In this document: one piece after another, positions 54,595 through 63,308 of the stretch | Position numbering within the stretch: position 1 is the stretch's first letter | How the letters are laid out: every line of letters starts with the position of its first letter | Virus record (IMG/VR): IMGVR_UViG_3300042549_004948 | Location: 64,001 to 128,000 of that record | DNA from: a virus | Strand: one strand, 5' to 3' | Length of the DNA: 64,000 nt | The notes under the pieces: generated by a model | Told to the model about the DNA's origin: nothing | What the model saw: only the letters and a program-made list of their open reading frames with translations | The model's database searches: none | Position numbers and translations under genes: made by a program

Positions 54595-56364
54595 TTAATT
54601 AAAGTTATTGTATCCGGTTAATTTTATGGACTGAGTATTTAAATTGATTCCTAACTGATTGCCATTATTGTCTGAAGCATCCAGGTTCGAGGTTATTTGT
54701 ATTTTAGTATTCAGATCTAACCCGTTTTCGAGTGCCGAGAATTTTAGTTTAAATGGTAGTGATGCGCCTATTATAGAATTTTTAAGATCTTTGTCTATAG
54801 CTCCAAATTTTATTTTACCTTCTTTAGAATTAGCAAATACATACCATGAATTAGGTACTTCAGATTTAATATCCTCAAATTTTACTTTAGTATTATCATA
54901 GACAAATTCAAATTGTATTGCAGATACATTATTTCCTTTAGTGTCTAAATTTATAGGAATTTCTATATTGTTTGATGTGATAACTATATTTTTTAAATTA
55001 ACATCTATATAAGAAACATTTTTAATATCATTAAAACCATATGCAGCATTTGAAAGCCCAGATAATAACAAACTATTTTTTGCGGTTGTTATAGTTTGTC
55101 CATTTAATACAACTTGAGAAGAGTGAGACCTATTTATATCTCCTGGTACTATATATTTTAAATCAACTGTATCAGCCACACTTTTAGTTTTGAACTTAAC
55201 TTTAAAAGAGTTCATATCTGTAAGTGTTAGTTGCAAAGCTTCATCTACACCAACATTGTCAAAATAGTTTTTTGTGAATATAGGCAAATTAGTAATATTA
55301 GAATTAGCTTGGCTATTAAATATAGTGTCCGCTCCTACTGCTTGAGCAAAAAGTAAGGCTAAATCTCCTCCGTCAAACTTTTGATTTCTATTAACATCTG
55401 CTGCAAAAAAACTCATTCCTGATGTCATTGAAATTTTATTAAATGTTCCATCAAGGTTTTGTTTAATAAATTCATTTTGTGCTGCTGTGTAATCTGATAC
55501 TGTTACAGCTCTAGATAGTATGCTCCCTAAACTATCTGAAGGGATCCATGCGGATGCATAATAAGTTGTATTAGGCAAAATCTCACTAGATAAATTATAA
55601 GATCCATTAGTACCAACTGATCTACTTGCTCTTAGTATATTATTAGTAGAATCTGTAAAAGCTAGTGTAGGCTTTAAATTACCAAATAAATTTCCGTTGA
55701 CTTGAAAAGTTCCGCGAATTAGTGCATTTAAATTGGGATCTAGATTAATCCAAGCAGAATTAGGTTTGGGCATTGTAATTGTCATTTCTTGACCTGAGTT
55801 ACTCCATCCGTATGCAAAGTTATAATAAATAGAATCATAAGCAAAACCTGCTTGGATATTAACTACTTTAAAACGAAGATAACAAAGAACACCATTGTTC
55901 AGTTGTGTCATATTACCATTAGGAGTGGCAGTATTAATGTTAATACGATTAATAGCTTTAGTTTGTCCTTGTGCATATTGATACTGCGCATTTTGTGAAT
56001 TTTGCAAACCATTCTCGGTATTATTGTTTGCATTATTAAACCAATTATATCCTGGATAGTAATTATTAGAAAACGAAGTTTGAGTTCCAATAGGAATAGC
56101 TTCTGTTCCTGATTGTGGAAACACAATTCCTATCATACTGATAGCCGATATTTGATGTTGGAAGTCAAGATAAAAGTTTCTTATATTAGAGTTATTATTC
56201 TTTAATACAAGAGCGACTTCAACTGTATCATCTTTTTCAATGGCTCCGCCATTAATATCTGTAGTTATTAAGTTAGGCCAGATTTTAAGTTCTGGTGGTG
56301 TATTCTGGCTATAGGATGAAAAAGCAACTATAAAAGTAGCTAAAAGCAAAATTATTTTTTTCAT
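54595..56364 (-). CDS. exported cohesin/dockerin-like multidomain protein
   Basis: Signal peptide; N-terminal Ig-like domain; ADVNRNQKFDGGDLALL and GDINRS Ca loops; C-terminal IEIPI...VSAIQFEFVYD..KVKF...FKLKF cohesin-like domain. Confidence 0.7.
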   Translation of the reverse strand: MKKIILLLATFIVAFSSYSQNTPPELKIWPNLITTDINGGAIEKDDTVEVALVLKNNNSNIRNFYLDFQHQISAISMIGIVFPQSGTEAIPIGTQTSFSNNYYPGYNWFNNANNNTENGLQNSQNAQYQYAQGQTKAINRININTATPNGNMTQLNNGVLCYLRFKVVNIQAGFAYDSIYYNFAYGWSNSGQEMTITMPKPNSAWINLDPNLNALIRGTFQVNGNLFGNLKPTLAFTDSTNNILRASRSVGTNGSYNLSSEILPNTTYYASAWIPSDSLGSILSRAVTVSDYTAAQNEFIKQNLDGTFNKISMTSGMSFFAADVNRNQKFDGGDLALLFAQAVGADTIFNSQANSNITNLPIFTKNYFDNVGVDEALQLTLTDMNSFKVKFKTKSVADTVDLKYIVPGDINRSHSSQVVLNGQTITTAKNSLLLSGLSNAAYGFNDIKNVSYIDVNLKNIVITSNNIEIPINLDTKGNNVSAIQFEFVYDNTKVKFEDIKSEVPNSWYVFANSKEGKIKFGAIDKDLKNSIIGASLPFKLKFSALENGLDLNTKIQITSNLDASDNNGNQLGINLNTQSIKLTGYNNFN

Positions 56365-56368
56365 ATTT

Positions 56369-56998
56369 TTAATCTAGTAATTTAGTAATCAACGCAACAC
56401 AGGTTTTCTTAACTGCATTTCTCATGACCGTTGAATTAAATTGACCAGATTCAGAAATCAATAATGTTGAGGTGGAGATTTCTGAAGACTCATCTGTGAC
56501 AGTTTGTCTTTTGATGATCTTACCTTTATTGTCTAATAGTACTCCTTCCATTCTAATGATGACAGCGTTTTCATCTTTGTGGAATATAGACACATTGGTA
56601 TTAGTTTGTTTTTGATCCATATAAACTATATTTGCACTGATCAAAAACTCGGCGTCTTCTTTGTTTGTTAAATTATAACCTTTATCTTGAGCAACTTCTT
56701 CTATAATATTTTTAACTCCAAAAGCTAGATTTTTGTTACCTGTCATCGGACCTATTTTCACACTATTTACAACAGTATTAATGTAGATCGTTTTATATTG
56801 CGCAGAGAATGCGCTAGATTTACTAAAAGTTCCGTCAAATTTATGTATATACCAAGTATTAATTGACGTAGCTATATTTTTAAACCCAGAAAAATCTAAA
56901 ACTATTAAGCTAATTTGTAAAAATAGTCCTAGAAGGACAAAAGATATAATTAACTTTAGAAATAATTGTTCTAAAAGAATATATATATACTTATTCAC
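56369..56998 (-). CDS. membrane-anchored CsgG/TolB-N-fold-like protein
   Basis: Likely GTG start at 56998; N-terminal TM; LAFGVKNIIEE, C-terminal FNSTVMRNAVKKTC parallels FNQSTISIATKKAL of 48245-48973. Confidence 0.65.
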   Translation of the reverse strand: MNKYIYILLEQLFLKLIISFVLLGLFLQISLIVLDFSGFKNIATSINTWYIHKFDGTFSKSSAFSAQYKTIYINTVVNSVKIGPMTGNKNLAFGVKNIIEEVAQDKGYNLTNKEDAEFLISANIVYMDQKQTNTNVSIFHKDENAVIIRMEGVLLDNKGKIIKRQTVTDESSEISTSTLLISESGQFNSTVMRNAVKKTCVALITKLLD

Positions 56999-57053
56999 TC
57001 TATAATTGGTTATATAAATAAATATCAAAACCAATTATTAATTTATAAAGTAT

Positions 57054-57311
57054 CTATTTAAATTTAGCCAAAGTTGATTTAAGTTGATCTTTAGACATAA
57101 CTCCAGAACTTCTGAACAGGGTATTTCCTGCATGATCTACAACTACAATAGTTGGAACTGCGCTAATTTCATACTTTTGAGAAAAAGTAGTATCATAATC
57201 AACGTTAATATCGTTTATAGAAATACCTAAATCTCTTGAAACTTCTTGAACAATAGGCTTAAAAACTTTACACGGTCCACACCATGGAGCTGAGAAATAC
57301 AAAACTTGCAT
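57054..57311 (-). CDS. trxA: thioredoxin
   Basis: FSAPWCGPCK, AVPT. Confidence 0.93.
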   Translation of the reverse strand: MQVLYFSAPWCGPCKVFKPIVQEVSRDLGISINDINVDYDTTFSQKYEISAVPTIVVVDHAGNTLFRSSGVMSKDQLKSTLAKFK

Positions 57312-57312
57312 A

Positions 57313-57957
57313 TTACTTTATTTTAAATTTTAAATTCGTTAACTTTTCTACTTCTTCTATTGTTACTTTGTTATCTTCTATACCGTTAGGTTTAGATTGA
57401 TCATTTTGAAAGATATAAGCTAGCCAACTATTAGAACTCTTTATGTATAAAACTTTCCAACACTTTTCAGGAATAGATAGTCTTCCTACCTTCTTGGCCT
57501 CTCCTACTGATCCTGTCCATATTTTTATAGAGTCTTGAGCTTTTGCCCACTCTCTAGTTTTCATCTCTAGTATCTTCCAGTCTCCTCTATTCAATGATCC
57601 GTATTGTGGAGTCATATTTGAAAAGTAGAAAGACTCTTTCATAGCATCAGGCCCAGAACATTGATTATCGGCTGCTGGGGCCATGTGGCCGCGATCAAAG
57701 CCAGATCCAATATAATCTTTAGCTATGTTTGTTTCAGCCTCTAGAAGTGGATCAGGTACAAACTGGTCTTTTCTTGGTATTGGATTTGTACACGATACTT
57801 TTTGCTTGGTTAACCACCACTCCACAAGTACTGGATACTTTAAAGATTTAGAAAATACTGTAGTATACTCTTTATGATTTAACCTTACTGTATCTTGTGC
57901 CTTTAATGACACACTAAAAAAAAGAACTATTGCAATTGAGTATAATAATTTAAACAT
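57313..57957 (-). CDS. secreted DNA/RNA non-specific endonuclease (NucA/EndoG family)
   Basis: Signal peptide; DY.GSGFDRGHMAPAAD, SF..SNM.PQ...LNR..W..LE...R. Confidence 0.95.
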   Translation of the reverse strand: MFKLLYSIAIVLFFSVSLKAQDTVRLNHKEYTTVFSKSLKYPVLVEWWLTKQKVSCTNPIPRKDQFVPDPLLEAETNIAKDYIGSGFDRGHMAPAADNQCSGPDAMKESFYFSNMTPQYGSLNRGDWKILEMKTREWAKAQDSIKIWTGSVGEAKKVGRLSIPEKCWKVLYIKSSNSWLAYIFQNDQSKPNGIEDNKVTIEEVEKLTNLKFKIK

Positions 57958-58127
57958 TCTTTATTATAAATATCGATTGTTCTAATTGTTCTTTTAGGAT
58001 TAAAGGTATAGGAGTTTTTAGGTTTATTTTTCTTTTGCCACTCTTCGTATTTATCTTCTTGAAGCCAATGGTCTGTTTGCTTCTTCATTATTTTTAGAAG
58101 CTGGTCTCGTCTTTGTTCGTAACTCAT
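57927..58127 (-). CDS. hypothetical protein
   Basis: 66-aa ORF. Confidence 0.5.
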   Translation of the reverse strand: MSYEQRRDQLLKIMKKQTDHWLQEDKYEEWQKKNKPKNSYTFNPKRTIRTIDIYNKECLNYYTQLQ

Positions 58128-58191
58128 ATATCAAATATAAAAAAAACCTCTTATTTAGAGGTTATCTTTATTTATAGTGATTCACTATTTT

Positions 58192-59646
58192 TTAAACTAT
58201 GATTCCGTTAACTACTTTACCAGCTACATCGGTAAGTCTATATCTTCTTCCTAAGTGTTTATATGTAAGCGTTTCGTGATCTATTCCCATCAAGTGTAAT
58301 ATTGTTGCGTGGAAGTCATGAACATCTACAGGATCTTTTATAATATTGTATCCAAATTCATCTGTTTCTCCATAAACAATACCGGGCTTAATTCCTCCAC
58401 CTGCCATCCAGATGCTGAAACACTTTGGATGATGATCTCTGCCATAATTTATAGGATCAATTCTTCCTTGACAAAAGTTTGTTCTTCCAAATTCACCACC
58501 CCAGATTACGAGTGTTTCGTCAAGGAGTCCACGTTGCTTCAAGTCTTTTATAAGTGCTGCTGAAGCGCGGTCTACGTCTTCTGCCTGCATTTTCATATCG
58601 TTAACAAGATTGCCATGGGTATCCCATCCTTGGTGATAGAGTTGAACAAAACGAACGCCTGATTCAGTTAACTTTCTTGCTAGCAAACAATTCGCAGCAT
58701 ATGTTCCAGGAATTAAACAATCTGCTCCATACATTTTAATGACATGGTCAGGTTCTTTATTTAAGTCTGTTAATTCAGGAACTGCTGTTTGCATACGATA
58801 AGACATTTCGTATTGTTGAATTCTGGTATTTATCTCAGGATCTCCAAAATTTTGAAATGCTTCGGTGTTAAACTTTGCTAGTTGATCTAGCATATCTCTT
58901 CTATTTTGCTTATTGTGTCCTTCTGGATTTTTAAGATATAATACTGGATCTTCGCCGCTGCTAAACACAACTCCTTGGTGCATACTATCTAAAAAACCAT
59001 TGCTCCAAAGTTTTGAATATACACCCTGACCATTGCCGCGTCCACGGGAAAGCAAAACCGTATAAGCAGGAAGATTAGAATTTTCACTTCCAAGTCCATA
59101 ACTCATCCATGCACCCATACTAGGTCTATTGCCTTGTTGTGCACCTGTTTGGAAAAATGTTAGTGCAGGATCGTGGTTAATTGCTTCTGTATTCATACTT
59201 CTGATGATACAGATATCGTCTGCTATTGATCCTATATGTGGAAATAAACTTGATATAGAAGCACCTGATTGTCCGTACTGATTGAAACCAAATGCAGAGC
59301 CTACCAATGGGAACTTATCTTGGTTTGCAGTCATGCCAGTTAACCTTTGCCCATTTCGTATTGAGGCAGGTAGATCTTGACCATGCATTGTATTCAATAG
59401 AGGTTTGTGATCAAAGGTTTCAAGTTGAGACGGTGCTCCATTTTGAAACAAGTATATAACTCGTTTTGCTTTTGGTGCAAATTGTGCAATACCAAGTGGT
59501 AAAGATTTAACTTCTCCACTAGATCCAAACAATTGATCTTTGAATAGCATGGTTCCTAAAGCAGCGCTTCCGATACCTAGACCTGCCTTTGTTAGAAAAT
59601 GCCTTCTAGTAATGTTTAGTCTAAACTGTTTTTCTTGGTTTTCCAT
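58192..59646 (-). CDS. DUF1501 sulfatase-like protein with Tat signal
   Basis: TRRHFL; AKRVIYLF..GAPSQLETFD.KP, INHDPA, CLLARKL.E.GVRFVQLY..GWD.H, GEFGRT, GRDHHP, RLTDV.G. Confidence 0.93.
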   Translation of the reverse strand: MENQEKQFRLNITRRHFLTKAGLGIGSAALGTMLFKDQLFGSSGEVKSLPLGIAQFAPKAKRVIYLFQNGAPSQLETFDHKPLLNTMHGQDLPASIRNGQRLTGMTANQDKFPLVGSAFGFNQYGQSGASISSLFPHIGSIADDICIIRSMNTEAINHDPALTFFQTGAQQGNRPSMGAWMSYGLGSENSNLPAYTVLLSRGRGNGQGVYSKLWSNGFLDSMHQGVVFSSGEDPVLYLKNPEGHNKQNRRDMLDQLAKFNTEAFQNFGDPEINTRIQQYEMSYRMQTAVPELTDLNKEPDHVIKMYGADCLIPGTYAANCLLARKLTESGVRFVQLYHQGWDTHGNLVNDMKMQAEDVDRASAALIKDLKQRGLLDETLVIWGGEFGRTNFCQGRIDPINYGRDHHPKCFSIWMAGGGIKPGIVYGETDEFGYNIIKDPVDVHDFHATILHLMGIDHETLTYKHLGRRYRLTDVAGKVVNGIIV

Positions 59647-59658
59647 ACTAATAAATAT

Positions 59659-59710
59659 TTAATTAGATAGTGGAGCTTTGATTGCCGTGTGTGATTGATA
59701 GTTCTAACTT
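59659..59710 (-). pseudogene. thyA: remnant of canonical thymidylate synthase 3' end
   Basis: Reads KLE/(frameshift)/YQSHTAIKAPLSN-stop, matching the ThyA C-terminal Y..H..IKAP motif. Confidence 0.6.
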
Positions 59711-59761
59711 TATTATTCTTGTAATTCTAGGATCAGAATAATTTTGCATGCTTATATTTTA

Positions 59762-60112
59762 TTACAATTCATTTGCATATTTTTTACCGTCTTCTGTAAG
59801 AGAATAAAGTATATCTCCATTTTCTCCTACTGAAACTTTTGCTAATCCTTTATCTACTAATCCATCTAGTAGCTCTTGAGTGTGTTTTAATGATGCTTTT
59901 TCGTAACACTTTTTTACATCCTCATCTGTTATTAGATAAGTCTCTTTATTTCCTTTTAGATACTCTACATAGCTATCTAGTGCTAGATTATAAACACCGT
60001 TGCACCAGTCGTCTAAAAGCTCTGAATCCATGTTTCCTTCTCCTAATTTAGAAATTTCATAAGAGATATCCATCGCGTATTCTTCAGGTAAAGTATACTT
60101 TTTATTCTGCAT
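59762..60112 (-). CDS. winged-helix-like hypothetical protein
   Basis: Likely start MQNKKY; L..LVDKGL.......G...YSLTEDG. Confidence 0.7.
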   Translation of the reverse strand: MQNKKYTLPEEYAMDISYEISKLGEGNMDSELLDDWCNGVYNLALDSYVEYLKGNKETYLITDEDVKKCYEKASLKHTQELLDGLVDKGLAKVSVGENGDILYSLTEDGKKYANEL

Positions 60113-60410
60113 ATTCTGGGTGATTTTGTAACCAATCTGATATTGTAAGTCCATAACAAAGATCGAACCATGCCATTTCCGTCTGAGCTGATTTTAGATT
60201 AGTTCTAAGTTTAGTTTTTATGAACTTAGTACCCCACTCTTTCCATTCTTTATTCTGAGCTTCTGTCATGGTCCATTGTTGATACCAGTTGTCAGTTCTA
60301 CCTTCAACATCTTTGTATCTAATATCGTGGCCTGCAAACTCAAACATTTTATCAATAAGAGTTATTGCCATCTGTTCTTTTGTTTGACGTTTTTTTTCTG
60401 GTCTTGTCAT
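60102..60410 (-). CDS. hypothetical protein
   Basis: 102 aa, Trp-rich. Confidence 0.7.
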   Translation of the reverse strand: MTRPEKKRQTKEQMAITLIDKMFEFAGHDIRYKDVEGRTDNWYQQWTMTEAQNKEWKEWGTKFIKTKLRTNLKSAQTEMAWFDLCYGLTISDWLQNHPEYAE

Positions 60411-60417
60411 GTAACTT

Positions 60418-60687
60418 TTATTTTAGCATGTATAAAATATCTTCAAACTTTTTAGCTGCTATGGAATCTTCTTGTTTTAGATTTTCTAGAGTTACTTCGT
60501 ATCTTTCTAGGTCTATTCTTAAAATATTAATAGAGTCAAGTAACTCTGCTTTATAGATATCCCCGCCTCCTTCAAGTCCTATTTCAGAACAACTGTAATT
60601 TTTTATAATCATATTTTGATAACCTACTAGAATTACTAAAATTGCAACTATAGCAAAGTAAACTAGATATCGTAACTTATTTTTCAT
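60418..60687 (-). CDS. single-TM coiled-coil protein
   Basis: Likely start MKNKLR; TM then heptads. Confidence 0.65.
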   Translation of the reverse strand: MKNKLRYLVYFAIVAILVILVGYQNMIIKNYSCSEIGLEGGGDIYKAELLDSINILRIDLERYEVTLENLKQEDSIAAKKFEDILYMLK

Positions 60688-60688
60688 A

Positions 60689-60880
60689 TTAAAATATTTC
60701 ATCATGTAAATTTTCATCCCATCCGTCGCGACCAGCTTTATTGTGGATATCTTTATCCCAATTAAAGAAATCTTTTCCTTTCTGTTTTGAAGTTTGCCTT
60801 TTGATGTAATCAATACCACCTGATAAAAGCCAAGTAAGAGATGCTGAGATTGCGACGATAAATAAAACTAAGCCTAACAT
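60689..60880 (-). CDS. small membrane protein
   Basis: N-terminal TM segment, 63 aa. Confidence 0.6.
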   Translation of the reverse strand: MLGLVLFIVAISASLTWLLSGGIDYIKRQTSKQKGKDFFNWDKDIHNKAGRDGWDENLHDEIF

Positions 60881-60920
60881 ATTATATTTTTTAAATTGGT
60901 TACATCGCTAATGCCGCTAA

Positions 60921-61502
60921 TCAATCCCACCAGCCTCTTAAATCTGATCCGTCATAATCTTTATACTCCTTATATTTTTTCCCTTCTATTATCTGCCATA
61001 ATTCTTTCCACTCTTTTGCTTCTAGTTGATGTGCTTTACTGAAGATCATTTTGTTATGTAACTTCTGTTCTTCTGTCTCTTCATCGACTAACATATAATT
61101 TCCATTATCAGTCTTTTCAAAACCAAAATCTGATAGGTACAATTCTCCAAACTCTTTTTCAATCCTCTCTAGATAGCTGTCTTGTATCTTATTTTCCAAT
61201 AACTCTATAGCCCTTCTCATTTTAGCTAGCTTCTTGTTTAGACTCGTAGATTCTTCATTTCCACCTACTATCATTCCAGCTTCTTGAATCTCAAGAGATT
61301 TTTTTAACACTTCTAAAGTAAACCGATAATCCCACCAGCGGTGAGACCACAATTCACGGCGAAAACTCCAAACGTTCCTAATGAACCCAGGGAGTCCGTA
61401 TCGTACGGCATCATAAGCCTTATAAATAGGGCTTTCATGCCATCTTAATTTCCTCAAACTCTTGAAAAAAGAATCTTCTGCGATAATATTCATAACCTCC
61501 AT
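60921..61502 (-). CDS. hypothetical phage protein
   Basis: 193 aa, RWWDY...GWWD. Confidence 0.8.
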   Translation of the reverse strand: MEVMNIIAEDSFFKSLRKLRWHESPIYKAYDAVRYGLPGFIRNVWSFRRELWSHRWWDYRFTLEVLKKSLEIQEAGMIVGGNEESTSLNKKLAKMRRAIELLENKIQDSYLERIEKEFGELYLSDFGFEKTDNGNYMLVDEETEEQKLHNKMIFSKAHQLEAKEWKELWQIIEGKKYKEYKDYDGSDLRGWWD

Positions 61503-61554
61503 TTATAACAAATATATGAAAAAAATAAAAAAGAATAAAAACTATGTCTATAGT

Positions 61555-62073
61555 TTAATAAAAATTTTCAGATGCTAATACTTTAGACATTTTCATGCTA
61601 TTTGCAAATCTGCCATTTTTTAGCTGTACACAATGAGCATATAGATCCATCACGGTTCCATCAAAATCTTCCATCATATTTTCAAGATCTTCCTTAGGCA
61701 TGCCGAATTCCTTACAAAAGTCTTTTTTCATATTCTTTGTAGTCTCTGCTTCATCTTTTAGGAAGTCTTCATGAAGCTTTTTGTATCTGGCTCTAAATAA
61801 GCTAATCTTATCTAGCTTATCATCATAGTGCTTCATGTCTTTTATAGCATCTTCAAGAAGATAGTTCTCGTGTTCTGCTTGATAGTAGTAGTCTGAGGGT
61901 TCATAATCGCCATTAGCTATTTTATCATGTAAACTACTTTTATCTGGTAAGATCTGCCTTTGTTGATAGCGTCTCCACCAAATAAATTGATTGTAGTTTT
62001 TTTTCTGTAGCTTAGAGAGTTTTACCTCTAAGACTTCTCTTGACATTTTTGTTGGAAAAATCATAACCTTCAT
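61555..62073 (-). CDS. hypothetical protein
   Basis: 172 aa, F.WWRRY motif. Confidence 0.75.
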   Translation of the reverse strand: MKVMIFPTKMSREVLEVKLSKLQKKNYNQFIWWRRYQQRQILPDKSSLHDKIANGDYEPSDYYYQAEHENYLLEDAIKDMKHYDDKLDKISLFRARYKKLHEDFLKDEAETTKNMKKDFCKEFGMPKEDLENMMEDFDGTVMDLYAHCVQLKNGRFANSMKMSKVLASENFY

Positions 62074-62263
62074 TTATTTTTTTACAATAATCTTTAGCAA
62101 ATTTAATCTTCCATTCTCCTGTATGCCCGTCTTCATCTAGAGTGTACATAATAGCTTTTATTAGCTGCTGCTCTTCTTCCATTTTAAACCACTCTTTCAT
62201 CTCTGCTAGATCTGATATTTTGCCATCAGAAAGCAGGTTGTATATTTTGTCTACTACTGTCAT
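62012..62263 (-). CDS. hypothetical protein
   Basis: 83-aa ORF. Confidence 0.55.
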   Translation of the reverse strand: MTVVDKIYNLLSDGKISDLAEMKEWFKMEEEQQLIKAIMYTLDEDGHTGEWKIKFAKDYCKKINEGYDFSNKNVKRSLRGKTL

Positions 62264-62268
62264 AGATA

Positions 62269-62916
62269 TTAATTAAACATGTCGTAATGTCTTGGATAGA
62301 TATGTAAGTTTGTTATAAAGAAATGCATTTGACCTACAGGATATCCGGTTCTGTAAGATACGTGTTCCATAAGTTTAGCAAATGTGTATTGATCATTACA
62401 GAAGCCAAAGACAAGATCGATAGATCTAGCAAATATAGTTAATTCTAGCTTACCGTCTTTAATATAAAAATTAAGTACATCATTACACGGTGTATCATAT
62501 TTGTATCTGTCTAACTCATGCAAAATGTAGTGAACTATAATAGCTCGTCTAGTTTCTTTATTTAGCTTTAGATCATTGACAACGCGATTAAGTTGATCGT
62601 TGTAATTCCAAAAGTATCCATAATTAGAATTAACTTCTGTAGTACCTGGTACCATCATTTGATTCCAGATCTTGGCACGTTCACCTATTTCTTTTGCATC
62701 ACGATCTCCTTTACGATACCATTCCCATTCGTATTCTGCATAGTCTTGATTAAACTTACGCTTTGGTGAAGTAATTACTTTTTGTGTAGGATCTTGTATA
62801 GTGAATGATGAATTAAATATTGCTTTGGTACCTGCAAAGTCTTCACCTTTGTCAATGATGTAGTGAAACAGATTCTCGAATGCACTGGTTGGTGTAATGT
62901 ATTTTTTAGTCTCCAT
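62269..62916 (-). CDS. thymidylate-synthase-family enzyme, dCMP hydroxymethylase (T4 gp42)-like
   Basis: EVNSNYG, RR, catalytic PC, RSIDLVFGFCND (Asp at E. coli TS Asn177 position), LHIYPRH. Confidence 0.88.
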   Translation of the reverse strand: METKKYITPTSAFENLFHYIIDKGEDFAGTKAIFNSSFTIQDPTQKVITSPKRKFNQDYAEYEWEWYRKGDRDAKEIGERAKIWNQMMVPGTTEVNSNYGYFWNYNDQLNRVVNDLKLNKETRRAIIVHYILHELDRYKYDTPCNDVLNFYIKDGKLELTIFARSIDLVFGFCNDQYTFAKLMEHVSYRTGYPVGQMHFFITNLHIYPRHYDMFN

Positions 62917-63307
62917 ATTGTTCTACTTCTATAAACTGTTTAAGAAAGTTAACGCCTTCTAAATTACGATACTGATTCAAATATACAACTCTTTTTATTC
63001 CTGATTGCAAAATAACTTTGGAGCAGTCTAAACAAGGACTAAGTGTTAAGTACAAAGTGGAACCATCTACAGAGTTGCCTGTCTTGGCTGCTTTAATAAT
63101 TACATTTATTTCAGCATGGATAACATGAGGTAGAGTGACATTATCTCTCTCGCAACAATTGTCCATACCAGAAGGAGTCCCATTATATCCAAAACTTATC
63201 AAGTTGCCGTCTTTAACTAAAACTGCGCCTACCTTAGATCGAACGCAGTGTGACAGAGTAGATGTTTCTTTTGCTATGTTTATAAATACTTTGTCTAGTT
63301 TATTCAT
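62906..63307 (-). CDS. dCMP deaminase
   Basis: Likely start MNKLDK; S.C.R.KVGA, GYNGTP, HAE.N, SPC..C. Confidence 0.95.
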   Translation of the reverse strand: MNKLDKVFINIAKETSTLSHCVRSKVGAVLVKDGNLISFGYNGTPSGMDNCCERDNVTLPHVIHAEINVIIKAAKTGNSVDGSTLYLTLSPCLDCSKVILQSGIKRVVYLNQYRNLEGVNFLKQFIEVEQYGD

Positions 63308-63308
63308 A

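Noticed and set aside
7750-56126. Nested minus-strand ORFs 7750-7953, 9822-10004, 38015-38197, 39943-40131, 55908-56126
   Set aside because: Alternate-frame ORFs inside longer genes with no recognisable features
383-60556. All + strand ORFs in the track (e.g. 3731-4093, 17188-17625, 33417-33740, 47663-47950)
   Set aside because: Nearly all are antisense shadows of well-supported minus-strand genes or RNAs; no motifs or start contexts
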